Positions 17,348-27,217 of a DNA stretch of 64,000 bases are shown piece after piece. The DNA comes from Ignavibacteriae bacterium HGW-Ignavibacteriae-4 (GTDB lineage: Bacteria; Bacteroidota; Ignavibacteria; Kapaibacteriales; UBA2268). Where the stretch lies: the NCBI GenBank assembly GCA_002839765.1, contig PGYR01000004.1:45055-109054 (forward strand), read 5' to 3'. The notes under the pieces were generated by a model. That model had not been told where the DNA came from, did no database searches, and saw only the letters and a list, made by a program, of their open reading frames with translations. A program made the translations under genes and the position numbers. Position 1 is the first letter of the stretch. Each line of letters starts with the position of its first letter.

Positions 17348-18220
17348 TTGAACATTAGCAATAAAGATAAGGCAATAAAAACAACCTACTTAAGTATAGT
17401 GGGTAATATTCTATTGGCTATTGTCAAAGGTTTGACCGGGTATTTCGGGAATTCGTATGCACTAATAGCAGACGCTATAGAGTCCACAACTGATGTATTC
17501 GCCTCATGTTTAGTCCTCTTCGGAATCAAATATTCTACACGCCCCCCTGATGATAATCACCCCTACGGACACGGCAGAGCAGAGCCACTAGTAACTTTCG
17601 CAGTAGTTGGTTTTTTGCTAATATCTGCTACTTTTATTGCCTACGAGAGTATTGTCAATATAGGTTCACCACAAGTAGCACCCGAAAGCTATACGCTTTA
17701 TGTACTCGCCGCTATTATTATTGGGAAGGAAATACTCTACCGAATAGTAGCTCGCAAGGGAGATGAAACACATAGCACATCCCTAAAAGCTGATGCTTGG
17801 CACCACCGAAGCGACGCAATAACTTCGCTTATAGCATTCATCGGTATTTCGGTTTCTATATTTTTAGGTGAGGGCTATGAAACAGCAGACGATTGGGCGG
17901 CATTGCTAGCTTCGGGATTCATCGTTTATAATGCATATCTGATATTCAGACCAGCCCTCAGTGAGATAATGGACGAGCATATATATGACGATTTCGTAGA
18001 TGATGTACGTCGTATCTCTGCAACAGTCGAGGGTGTAGTTGACACAGAAAAATGCTTTGTTCGGAAGATGGGCTTGACCTATCACGTCGATTTGCACCTA
18101 ATAGTAGATGGCGAAATTAGTGTAGCAAAGGGACATGATATAGCTCACCGCTTAAAAAATGAGCTTCAACACCAAATTCCCGAAATCTCCGATGTTCTAA
18201 TTCACGTAGAGCCGGAGTAG
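17348..18220 (+). CDS. cation diffusion facilitator (CDF) family metal efflux transporter
   Basis: Six TM helices with TM2/TM5 metal-site residues (ADAIESTTDVFAS… / HHRSDAITS) and a C-terminal cytoplasmic domain (HVDLHLIVDGEISVAKGHDIAHRL). Confidence 0.85.
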   Translation: MNISNKDKAIKTTYLSIVGNILLAIVKGLTGYFGNSYALIADAIESTTDVFASCLVLFGIKYSTRPPDDNHPYGHGRAEPLVTFAVVGFLLISATFIAYESIVNIGSPQVAPESYTLYVLAAIIIGKEILYRIVARKGDETHSTSLKADAWHHRSDAITSLIAFIGISVSIFLGEGYETADDWAALLASGFIVYNAYLIFRPALSEIMDEHIYDDFVDDVRRISATVEGVVDTEKCFVRKMGLTYHVDLHLIVDGEISVAKGHDIAHRLKNELQHQIPEISDVLIHVEPE

Positions 18221-18318
18221 GAATGGAAAAACAAACATTTCCCTCTTTCGCTGCGCTTAAAGAGGGGAATTGCTTACAATAACTGTTCTTGCGTTTCCTA
18301 GGTGGACCTTTTGTGATA

Positions 18319-19320
18319 TTATTTACACTCATACATTTTTAATAAATATTCAGGGTATCTAACAGAATCAATTTTGGGTTTATATGTATAATAATCGACT
18401 CCCCTATTGATTACGTCTTGCATTGTAATATTAGGATTTATATGCTTCTTTAATATTTCAAGATTTAAACTATCTTTTTTGAACCTAATCTGTTCGTAGG
18501 TTATTGAAGTATCTTGTAATTTATTCCTCCAAAGATACAACTGCCATTCTATACTTCTTTGTTTCATATTTGTGTTGGCATATTTATAATATTTAGCAAA
18601 ATCTAATTGATCTAAATAATAATCAAAACCTTGTTCAATAAAATTTTCATTATATGCTTTATTTGAATTAAATTGAAATGCATATAAACTATCAACATAG
18701 GTGGTACCTAATACTAAATCAGGATAATTTTCCCAAAAACCAGAATCATTCAAATTATATTTTAATTGTTTTAGATTTCCATCAGGGGTATGTTTAAGCT
18801 CAGATAACGAATTCTTCAAATCCCTAAAGTAAAAAGTATTCAAATCACGGATTAAGGTGTCCAAAGTTGGTGCATTAAATAGAATAATTTTATTATATGG
18901 GTAAAGTTTCCAAATGTCACATTTTGATTCTCTAAATCCCATAAGATTAAAAGCTGAAAAATGATCAAAATCTTCTGGCCACTTTGCTGAATCTCCCAAA
19001 GCCACACCAACAATAACATAAGAATAAAGTTTAGTAGTAGAATTATTATAAAATGTTCTAACAGGTACAAATCTATAGACCAAGTTATTATTATTTTCCT
19101 TTAAATATCTTTGGTACTCTGTTTTATAACTCGCATAGAACCCATCTAATTCTAGTCTGAAGTATTCATTACTAACATGTGAAATAAATAGACTATCTCT
19201 TATATAAGCTTCACGGCTAATGTTTGGCTCTTCATAATAAAATGATTGATCTACTTCTTCTCTTCCAGAACAACCAAATGAAATTAGAAAAATGAAGATG
19301 GTTAGATATTTTGTATAATA
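18319..19320 (-). CDS. hypothetical lipoprotein
   Basis: Start trimmed to MYYTKYLTIFIFLISFGCSG (lipobox) to avoid overlap with the Fic gene. Tyr/Asn-rich, no known domain. Confidence 0.4.
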   Translation of the reverse strand, partial: YYTKYLTIFIFLISFGCSGREEVDQSFYYEEPNISREAYIRDSLFISHVSNEYFRLELDGFYASYKTEYQRYLKENNNNLVYRFVPVRTFYNNSTTKLYSYVIVGVALGDSAKWPEDFDHFSAFNLMGFRESKCDIWKLYPYNKIILFNAPTLDTLIRDLNTFYFRDLKNSLSELKHTPDGNLKQLKYNLNDSGFWENYPDLVLGTTYVDSLYAFQFNSNKAYNENFIEQGFDYYLDQLDFAKYYKYANTNMKQRSIEWQLYLWRNKLQDTSITYEQIRFKKDSLNLEILKKHINPNITMQDVINRGVDYYTYKPKIDSVRYPEYLLKMYECK

Positions 19321-19324
19321 CATT

Positions 19325-20149
19325 TTATTTTCCATTCTTATTATTATTCCCATATTCATTTTTCCTTTGCTCTTTACTTGGACTATCCACCGAATCAACC
19401 AGCATATTTAAGAATGGAAGACATCTATCATAATCAAGCTCATAATAGTTTACACCCAAATTAATATTATCATAGTAATTCGATTGGTTTTCTTTATAGT
19501 ACTTCTCAGATTGTATGCCCCAAGCCATTTCGCCTATCTTCTGAGCTAAAAACCATTTTTCGAGCAATCTTGCTGCTCTGCCATTTCCATCTGAAAAGGG
19601 GTGGATATGCACAAACACCAAATGTATCATAGAAGCATGATAGAAAATTTCTTCAATAGACAAATCTGCAATTAGTAGCTCAGAAATATCATCGAAGAAC
19701 TCGAGCATTTTAGCCGGTACAAACTCTGGTTCTACTGCCAAATAAACGAGCCCATCAGAATCGAAAACGCCCATCTTCTCACTTCTATATTCACCTTGCT
19801 TACTTTGGATTAGTAGATTCTGAGATAGTAATCTATGAGCGGTAAGAAAATTATCATGATTGAGCGTATTTGACTTGGCATACTGATAAGCTGCTACCAA
19901 ATCATCTATCTCGTCCAAATCCTTTTCTGGTTTGAACCTCTTTTTACTTAACTGCGAGTTCATATAAGAGTTGAGGTCTATACTATTACCTTCGATGTTA
20001 GACGAGAAAACGGCTGATGCTTGTATCCTATAACCCAAGTCAATATCGGTATTGTTTGAATTTAATTCATTGATAATAGATTTCAAGTCTATGCTTAGAC
20101 TTTTGAAGTATTCATCAATATATTTTCTATTTGAAGGTATCATAAACAC
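19325..20149 (-). CDS. Fic family protein (class II, with N-terminal inhibitory motif)
   Basis: Canonical Fic motif HPFSDGNGRAARLL, and an upstream (S/T)xxxE(G/N) inhibitory-helix motif SSNIEGN. Confidence 0.85.
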   Translation of the reverse strand: MFMIPSNRKYIDEYFKSLSIDLKSIINELNSNNTDIDLGYRIQASAVFSSNIEGNSIDLNSYMNSQLSKKRFKPEKDLDEIDDLVAAYQYAKSNTLNHDNFLTAHRLLSQNLLIQSKQGEYRSEKMGVFDSDGLVYLAVEPEFVPAKMLEFFDDISELLIADLSIEEIFYHASMIHLVFVHIHPFSDGNGRAARLLEKWFLAQKIGEMAWGIQSEKYYKENQSNYYDNINLGVNYYELDYDRCLPFLNMLVDSVDSPSKEQRKNEYGNNNKNGK

Positions 20150-20253
20150 AATATAAGTTTTTTATATCAAAACTTACTCTCCAAATACCCCTTATATAAT
20201 GCCAAGAATTAATTAAATTGCAGGATATATTTAAACTAGGAAAAATTAATTTT

Positions 20254-21216
20254 ATGAAAAGAATATTAGTAACAGGTGCTTACGGTCAAATAGGGACCGA
20301 ATTGGTAAACGAATTAAGAAAGAGATATGGCGGCGATAACGTAATAGCTACTGATGTCAGAGACAATCCACCCTCACTTATTGCGGACAATGGCCCTAAT
20401 GAAGTCCTGAATATAATGGATAAAGCGGCTATCGATAGCGTAGTTGACAAATATAATATAGACACTATCTTCCACATGGCGGCCTTGCTTTCTGCTACTG
20501 GCGAGAAAGATCCTTTCTTCTGCTGGGATATAAATATGAATGGTACTATCAATATAATCAAGACAACTATTGATAAAAAAATAAAGAAAATATTTGTTCC
20601 TAGCTCCATCGCTGTATGGGGTCCAGGTGTAGAAACTATTAATACTCCACAAGAATCTGTATTGCAACCTACTACTATGTACGGTGTAACCAAAGTTAGT
20701 GGCGAAATACTAAGCGACTATTTTGTGAAAAAGCAAGGACTTGATATTCGTGGATTGCGTTACCCCGGTATTATTTCTTCTGAAACTTTGCCAGGTGGTG
20801 GGACTACTGACTATGCAGTTGAGATATTCTACGAAGCTGTAAAACATCAGAAATATGATTGTTTCTTGAAAGCAGATGCTACTTTACCAATGATGTATAT
20901 GCCCGATTGTATAAAAGCAACCATAGATTTGATGGAAGCTGATTTTGATAGATTAAAACATCACTCTAACTTCAACGTAGCTGCTGCGAGTTTCTCTCCT
21001 GCCGAATTAGCTGCAGAAATTAAAAAGCATATCCCAAATTTTGAAATTACTTATACACCAGACTCTCGACAATTGATTGCAGAATCTTGGCCACAAGTAA
21101 TAGATGATAGTGCTGCTCGTGCTGAGTGGGATTGGTCACATGATTTTGATTTGGAAAAAATGACAAAAAGTATGGTCGAAGTATTGACAGAAAAACATAA
21201 AAATGGCTTGATTTGA
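20254..21216 (+). CDS. tdh: L-threonine 3-dehydrogenase, SDR / NAD-dependent epimerase-dehydratase type
   Basis: Rossmann motif ILVTGAYGQIGTEL, catalytic YxxxK (YGVTK), and the family-specific segment YPGIISSETLPGGGTTDYAVEIFY. Collinear with the characterised short-chain TDHs as I recall them. Confidence 0.65.
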   Translation: MKRILVTGAYGQIGTELVNELRKRYGGDNVIATDVRDNPPSLIADNGPNEVLNIMDKAAIDSVVDKYNIDTIFHMAALLSATGEKDPFFCWDINMNGTINIIKTTIDKKIKKIFVPSSIAVWGPGVETINTPQESVLQPTTMYGVTKVSGEILSDYFVKKQGLDIRGLRYPGIISSETLPGGGTTDYAVEIFYEAVKHQKYDCFLKADATLPMMYMPDCIKATIDLMEADFDRLKHHSNFNVAAASFSPAELAAEIKKHIPNFEITYTPDSRQLIAESWPQVIDDSAARAEWDWSHDFDLEKMTKSMVEVLTEKHKNGLI

Positions 21217-22727
21217 TTCCAGAAGTAAAAGATATTAGAATTCTAATTGTAGCAGCAATTATTCTGATACCGACTATTTTTTTTCCGGCATCATCAGATT
21301 TATCTGTGTTTATGCTTGGCGGGAAGATCATAGCTGATGGTGGTGAACTATTCAAAGATTTCTTTGATCTGAAAGCCCCTCTTACTTACTATTTCTTTGC
21401 ACTAGTCGACCTACTAACTGGTGGTAATATAATAGCCACTAGAATTGTTGATTATATTATTACTTTATCCTTCATTTTTAGTGCTAATTACATACTATTT
21501 AAGCTGAATATTGACAAAGCAATTAGGTGGATATTCATAATTGGATTTTCCGCTAGCTATGTTACGCTGAATCATAGTAATACTATGCAATGCGAGACGC
21601 TGACATATTTGCCAATGATTTGGTATTTCTATTATATAATTAAACCCAACAGAAATTCGACAATAATCAAAGGGCTTTTGCTTGGAATAATTGTCTCATT
21701 TAAATATTCACTAGGACTCGTTTTCCTTGCTGATATTATTTATAGCTTAACTCAATCCAACCTCTCTTGGAAGTTCGTTCGGAACAAAATAATTGAGCTC
21801 ACTGTCGCTTTACTTTGCGTATTCTTGAGTTTCTTACCAACTATTGCACAAGGTAATACTCAATACCTAGATGGTTTATTTGCATATCTTGATAAATACA
21901 AGGCACACCCACCTATCAACTTAGGATTTATAAAAGAATATTTGAAAGGACTTGGGTACCTCTTCGGTGATTATTATTCACTACTTTTCTCAGCGGCAGC
22001 TATATATAGTGTAGTATTGTTCCCCTTCAAAAAGAACGAAAATGCAGATAAAGTATTCAACTTTATACTGCTCTTTTTTATTCTACTTTTCGTCTCATTT
22101 CTGATAGAAAGAAAGCCGAATTTGTATCAGTTTAGCCGTGTTTATCCATTCTTGATAATGCTAAGTTCTTATGGCTTATACTCTCTTTATAAAAGCATTT
22201 CTGTTAAAAACAAAATAGCATTCACATTCGTACTCTTCTTTGCATTATTCCTTTCTCCATTACCGAGGGTAGTTAATACAATGAAAATACCAATGGATTA
22301 TTTCCGGAACAAAGAAAATTACATATTCAACTTTTCTCACGATGACGGTACTGGCAACTATAATGCTATGGCTATACTTGAGGAATATACAAAGCCGAAA
22401 GGCAAGAGCTTTATATATGTGAACTCGGGTAGTCATCAGTATTTGCGTAGGAGCGAAAGCTACTACAAATATCCTCTTTCCGCTTTCTATCTAGGTGATT
22501 TTGACAACCAAAGCATAGTAGAAGAAGTGGCGAAAGATATGGAAAAAGTTGATTATTTGATTATTCAGAATGATGACAACCACTATGCTAATTTCTTCAA
22601 TCATCTTTCTAGCTATGATAATATGATGAGAATAGTGATATTTAGAAATCTATTAGAAAATGATTTTGAATTAGACACTTTACTTGATGGCAGATATTAT
22701 ATATACGATAGAAAGAAAGAAGAATGA
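21213..22727 (+). CDS. GT-C fold polytopic glycosyltransferase (ArnT/PMT-like), paralog 1 of 3
   Basis: About 11 TM helices. First periplasmic loop is conserved across all three paralogs (SSDLSVFMLGGKIIADGGELFKDFFDLKAPLTYYFF). The KPP(L/F) loop resembles the GT83/GT39 EKPPL motif. The ATG overlaps the tdh stop (ATGA). Confidence 0.5.
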   Translation: MIPEVKDIRILIVAAIILIPTIFFPASSDLSVFMLGGKIIADGGELFKDFFDLKAPLTYYFFALVDLLTGGNIIATRIVDYIITLSFIFSANYILFKLNIDKAIRWIFIIGFSASYVTLNHSNTMQCETLTYLPMIWYFYYIIKPNRNSTIIKGLLLGIIVSFKYSLGLVFLADIIYSLTQSNLSWKFVRNKIIELTVALLCVFLSFLPTIAQGNTQYLDGLFAYLDKYKAHPPINLGFIKEYLKGLGYLFGDYYSLLFSAAAIYSVVLFPFKKNENADKVFNFILLFFILLFVSFLIERKPNLYQFSRVYPFLIMLSSYGLYSLYKSISVKNKIAFTFVLFFALFLSPLPRVVNTMKIPMDYFRNKENYIFNFSHDDGTGNYNAMAILEEYTKPKGKSFIYVNSGSHQYLRRSESYYKYPLSAFYLGDFDNQSIVEEVAKDMEKVDYLIIQNDDNHYANFFNHLSSYDNMMRIVIFRNLLENDFELDTLLDGRYYIYDRKKEE

Positions 22728-24247
22728 TACAAGCTCCAGTTATAGATAAACCTTTAATAAAGTATTTCATTATAGCTTTCGTTATACTTTTTCCTACTCT
22801 AGCGTTCCCTTTATCGTCAGACCTTTCTGTATTTATGCACGGTGGTAATATAATAGCGAATGGTGGTGGGCTATTCAGTGATTTCTTTGATATCAAACCT
22901 CCACTTATCTATTATCTATTTGCTGGTATTAATTCGATTTTTGGTGATAATGTAGTAGCTTTCAGGATTTTTGATTTATTATATCAATTGACTTTTCTAA
23001 TTATTACTTCATATTTGCTGACTAAGCTAGAGATACAAACGAAGGTAATAAAAGCATTTCTGATTCTATTCCCACTCAGCTATACTATTCTAAATTACAG
23101 AGATATATTCCAAACAGAATCATTAGCGTTTATACCTCTGATACTATATTTCTATTATATGATTAAGAATGAAAATACCTATAAGCAACATATAATAATG
23201 GGCTTAACCTTAGGTATTGCAATTGCATTCAAGTATACTTTGGGAATTGTTTTTGTCGGCTATTTGATTTATTTTTTCAAAGAATCTAAGATTAGAAATT
23301 ATACTAAACCAATTGTTCAGCTAGCAATAGCATTTTTTATAGTATTCCTTAGCTTTTTACCTGTTATTCTTAGCGGCAATTTAAGTGGCTTTATTGATAC
23401 AAATGTATATCTAGCTGAGTACGCAAAGTACCCACCGATTGGTATTGAGTTGGCAAAACAGATGATAGAAATACTAACTTATAACTTTGGTACATTGATT
23501 TCGGTTAGTTATTTGTTTCTTTTCCTTATTGCTTCTATCTTCTACAAGAACGGGAAGTATCAAATTATTAAAAAATACTTGCTACTATTTTGCTTTTTAC
23601 TTTTCATATCAGTTCTGATTGAAAGAAAGATAAATATGTACCATATAATAAGATTATACCCTTATATGATGATACTAGTGAGTATAGGGTTTATTATATT
23701 ATTTGAAAGATTTAGATTTGGCAAAAACCTACAAACTCTCGTAATCGTCTCAATGTTCTTGATACTTAGCCCACTATTGAGATTTGTGAATACATACAAG
23801 ATTGCATACGATAGAGTGTTTAATTACGAGTCTTATGTATCATATTATACAAATGATAAACCGTTCACTATATTAGGTCAGCATATAGCTATTGCTGATT
23901 ATATAAATAAAAAAGGCGATGAGAAGTTCCTATTTATGAATACTGGCGGTAACCAAACTGTACATTATCTGAATTTCGATTACAAATACAAATTCCCTCA
24001 TAGTGCTTTTCATCTATCTCCAAAGGCACCGATGTCATATAAGAAAGCTTTTGAAGAAGATTTGCATGATGCTAATATAATAGCAATAGATAGCAGTGAT
24101 GATATATTTATGATCTTCCTATCCGAAGGTAGTAGCTATGATTTGTTTTTTGCTGAGCAAACATACAAAGATTATATAGGACAAAATTTTATACTAGACA
24201 CTATACTGATGGATAGATATTTCATTTATGAGAGGATAAAGAAATGA
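22724..24247 (+). CDS. GT-C fold polytopic glycosyltransferase (ArnT/PMT-like), paralog 2 of 3
   Basis: SSDLSVFMHGGNIIANGGGLFSDFFDIKPPLIYYLF. Same topology and length as paralog 1, with an ATGA overlap to the previous gene. Confidence 0.5.
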   Translation: MIQAPVIDKPLIKYFIIAFVILFPTLAFPLSSDLSVFMHGGNIIANGGGLFSDFFDIKPPLIYYLFAGINSIFGDNVVAFRIFDLLYQLTFLIITSYLLTKLEIQTKVIKAFLILFPLSYTILNYRDIFQTESLAFIPLILYFYYMIKNENTYKQHIIMGLTLGIAIAFKYTLGIVFVGYLIYFFKESKIRNYTKPIVQLAIAFFIVFLSFLPVILSGNLSGFIDTNVYLAEYAKYPPIGIELAKQMIEILTYNFGTLISVSYLFLFLIASIFYKNGKYQIIKKYLLLFCFLLFISVLIERKINMYHIIRLYPYMMILVSIGFIILFERFRFGKNLQTLVIVSMFLILSPLLRFVNTYKIAYDRVFNYESYVSYYTNDKPFTILGQHIAIADYINKKGDEKFLFMNTGGNQTVHYLNFDYKYKFPHSAFHLSPKAPMSYKKAFEEDLHDANIIAIDSSDDIFMIFLSEGSSYDLFFAEQTYKDYIGQNFILDTILMDRYFIYERIKK

Positions 24248-25788
24248 AATACTTCCAGAACAAATATGATTATCTTATATTGACACTTGGACTTTTGATT
24301 CTAAGTTTGATTATATTCTTTCCCGTTTCTTCTGATTTGGCTACGTTTATCCAAGGCGGAATGATATTGAAGAATGGGGGTGCTTTATATGTTGATTATT
24401 TCGATGTAAAACCGCCTTTCGTTTACTATTTCTTCGAGTTCCTTTACTCTATGTTTGGTAAGAATATAACGCTTTATAGATTATTTGATTTCGCTTATCA
24501 AACGGTTTTTCTTTTATCGAGTATTTATATATTCAATAAGTTAGAACTTAATAAGATTGCAATTCGATTATTCTCAGTGCTTATGCCTATGGCTTATACT
24601 ACGTTAAGCTTTCCACACACTTTCCAAGTGGAGAGCCTGTTGTTTTTACCTCTAATATGGTATTATTATATTGGTAGCAAATCACTAGGTAGGAAGTACG
24701 ATAATCTGATAAAAGGTGTTTTGCTAGGTATAACTATAAACCTGAAATATACATTTGGGATATTATTATTAGCAGATATACTTTATATGATAATACAAAA
24801 GAAGAGTATTCGAAGTATTATTAAACAAAGTGTAATCCAACTATTTATAGCTTTAGCCGTTACTGCTCTACTTTTTTCACCCATTCTTATTTCTGGGAAT
24901 TTCCATTCTTTCTTAGATTTCTTTAACTACATGAAAGAGTATAGCAATTACCCAGCTCTTGGGTTTAATTGGTTGCAAGCCTCTATTAAGTTTGGGACTG
25001 GGTTTTTCACAGATCATTATTCTATTATTTTGCTACTAGCTGCACTTTATACTATTTTCTACATTGGATTAAAAGATAAAGAGATTGCAGACGCAGCAAA
25101 GATCAAAGGTTTAATCGTATTTTTTTTAGTTTTATATGCTTCGGTTATAATAGAAAGAAAAATGCTGATATACCATCAGCAAAGAATATTACCATTTCTA
25201 GTGTTTCTTTCTTCTATGGGTTTGGCTCTAATTTACAGTGAAATTCGAAATTATAAGAAATCTACTCTAGTGATAGCACTATTTGTAGTTACTATTTTTA
25301 GTCCTATCCCAAGGCTTATCAACTTGCTGAACTACCCTATAAATGTTATTAGCCAAGGAAGCAGGGCATTCTATTCAACACTGACAGAAGGTACAGAAGG
25401 ACAAATACTTAAAAAACACTTTGCAGTTGCAGATTATATAAATGCTAATACAAATACAGATAAAGTACTTTTGATAAACACCGGTGGAAATGAGATGATT
25501 TGTTACTTTGATAGTGATTATAAATACTCATTCCCCCAATCGGCATTCTATCTCAATGACAAAGCACCAGAATATCTGAAGGAAAAAGCGTTTGATAATA
25601 TAAAAGATACGGATGTAATTATACTACAGAATAATGATCAATCTCATATAATGTTCTTCAATGATGATACATCGTTATCATCAATACAGAAGAATTTGGT
25701 AATTTGGGATTATATTACGACAAATTTCAAACAAGATACTATAATCGAAGATAATTTTATTATTTACAAGAGAAATCCTTCGAACTAG
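24244..25788 (+). CDS. GT-C fold polytopic glycosyltransferase (ArnT/PMT-like), paralog 3 of 3
   Basis: SSDLATFIQGGMILKNGGALYVDYFDVKPPFVYYFF, with an ATGA overlap to the previous gene. Confidence 0.5.
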   Translation: MKYFQNKYDYLILTLGLLILSLIIFFPVSSDLATFIQGGMILKNGGALYVDYFDVKPPFVYYFFEFLYSMFGKNITLYRLFDFAYQTVFLLSSIYIFNKLELNKIAIRLFSVLMPMAYTTLSFPHTFQVESLLFLPLIWYYYIGSKSLGRKYDNLIKGVLLGITINLKYTFGILLLADILYMIIQKKSIRSIIKQSVIQLFIALAVTALLFSPILISGNFHSFLDFFNYMKEYSNYPALGFNWLQASIKFGTGFFTDHYSIILLLAALYTIFYIGLKDKEIADAAKIKGLIVFFLVLYASVIIERKMLIYHQQRILPFLVFLSSMGLALIYSEIRNYKKSTLVIALFVVTIFSPIPRLINLLNYPINVISQGSRAFYSTLTEGTEGQILKKHFAVADYINANTNTDKVLLINTGGNEMICYFDSDYKYSFPQSAFYLNDKAPEYLKEKAFDNIKDTDVIILQNNDQSHIMFFNDDTSLSSIQKNLVIWDYITTNFKQDTIIEDNFIIYKRNPSN

Positions 25789-25807
25789 ATAAGAGCAAAA
25801 ACAGATA

Positions 25808-27175
25808 ATGAATTTCTTATTTTACTTATTATATATTCTCTACTTCGTAGGAGTATTCCAACTTTTCAGTATTGGAAATTTTGGGATTTCGCCTTCGTAC
25901 CCAGTAATAGCCATTATATACTTTCTCTTTCTAGCAAAGTTTGTAGCTAATAAAATCACAATAAATCTGAATCCCATATATTCCGTCAAATCATTAATTC
26001 TATTGCAAGTGGCGGCAGGTGCTTCATTCTTATATGTGCTTTCTAATTACGAAGCAGAAAATATCCAGTTCATTAAGACTTATGTGCATTTCTTATTTTT
26101 AACTTCTTTCCCATTATTCTTGGGAATATTTAAGATAGAGAATAAGGTATGGGTTAACATTATTAAAATATGGTTATTCTTATCTATATTTATCAATATC
26201 TTCGGAATTTATCAGCTTTTTGCTCGTGCCTATGATTTACCATTAGCCTGGATAGATCTAACTAATGCTAGTTTAACAGCATTAGATGATACTAATGAGC
26301 CTTACCAGCAATTGAGTTTGAAATTCAAGAATTTCTATCGTGCTACCTCAATATTTTCCGAACCATCTGCCTTGGCAGGGTATAACCTTACTATAATTGG
26401 GTTTATGATATATCCAATGTTCAAATCTGGATCTATTGCTATACTTAAATCTAAAAAGTTCTTGAACTTTATATTTGTATTATCAGCCCTATCATTATTT
26501 GTTACTTTCTCTTTAACGGGTGTGTTAGGGTTGGTATTCCTAGCCATTGCATATTTCATATATAACAAAGGGATAAACTATAAGAGGATTTTTCAAATAT
26601 TAATAGCAGTTATTATCTTAATTATAATAGGTGACTTTTTCATCATTAAGTTTTTTGATACAAGTTTACTCGAATTATTCTACACTCGAATATCTAGTTT
26701 GTTAGGTATAACTTCACATAGCATAGTCGGTGAGTCTTTTGATACTAGGAGTAATAACTTCGCTAGTTCCGTTGAGCTATGGCTAAGAAGCCCAATAATT
26801 GGTATAGGGTTAGGTCAGACCAAACACCTAGGTGAGATAGGATATAGTGATTTCGCAGTTATGCATTCACTAATAGAAACTGGTATTATAGGTGGATTGA
26901 TTTTTCTTTCATTATTCTTTTTGAATTTAGTTGAATACCTTAGTTTAAGAAGTAGTTTTCATAAATTAAAACCAGATACAATTTTTCTACTTAATGCCTC
27001 TTTCTATGCACTTGTTATATTGACAATGACTAATTTCCTAACTAGTAACTCATTCGTTGGTTTAGCTTTGTGGTCTATGATGGGAGTTATCTACTCGATA
27101 CTGACTAATGCCAAGATTGAATTGGGATATGATGCTAGACCCGTTTGGTTTTTCAAAAAAAAAAGCCCATTCTAA
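25808..27175 (+). CDS. polytopic membrane protein, possibly O-antigen ligase/polymerase (Wzy/WaaL)-like
   Basis: 455 aa with at least 10 TM helices and a larger loop near the C-terminal third. The call rests on topology alone. Confidence 0.3.
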   Translation: MNFLFYLLYILYFVGVFQLFSIGNFGISPSYPVIAIIYFLFLAKFVANKITINLNPIYSVKSLILLQVAAGASFLYVLSNYEAENIQFIKTYVHFLFLTSFPLFLGIFKIENKVWVNIIKIWLFLSIFINIFGIYQLFARAYDLPLAWIDLTNASLTALDDTNEPYQQLSLKFKNFYRATSIFSEPSALAGYNLTIIGFMIYPMFKSGSIAILKSKKFLNFIFVLSALSLFVTFSLTGVLGLVFLAIAYFIYNKGINYKRIFQILIAVIILIIIGDFFIIKFFDTSLLELFYTRISSLLGITSHSIVGESFDTRSNNFASSVELWLRSPIIGIGLGQTKHLGEIGYSDFAVMHSLIETGIIGGLIFLSLFFLNLVEYLSLRSSFHKLKPDTIFLLNASFYALVILTMTNFLTSNSFVGLALWSMMGVIYSILTNAKIELGYDARPVWFFKKKSPF

Positions 27176-27217
27176 AATAGAACAGGCTTGATTATTATCT
27201 TAATAGTGATAAGCGAC

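Noticed and set aside
20286-20693. Minus-strand ORFs 20286..20693 and 20374..20667 inside tdh.
   Set aside because: Antisense to a gene with strong family-specific motifs. Spurious.
27150-27200. A10 run and weak hairpin AAGCC…GGCTT after the Wzy-like gene as a terminator.
   Set aside because: The stem is only 5 bp with a 17-nt loop and no clean U-tract on either strand. Too weak to call.
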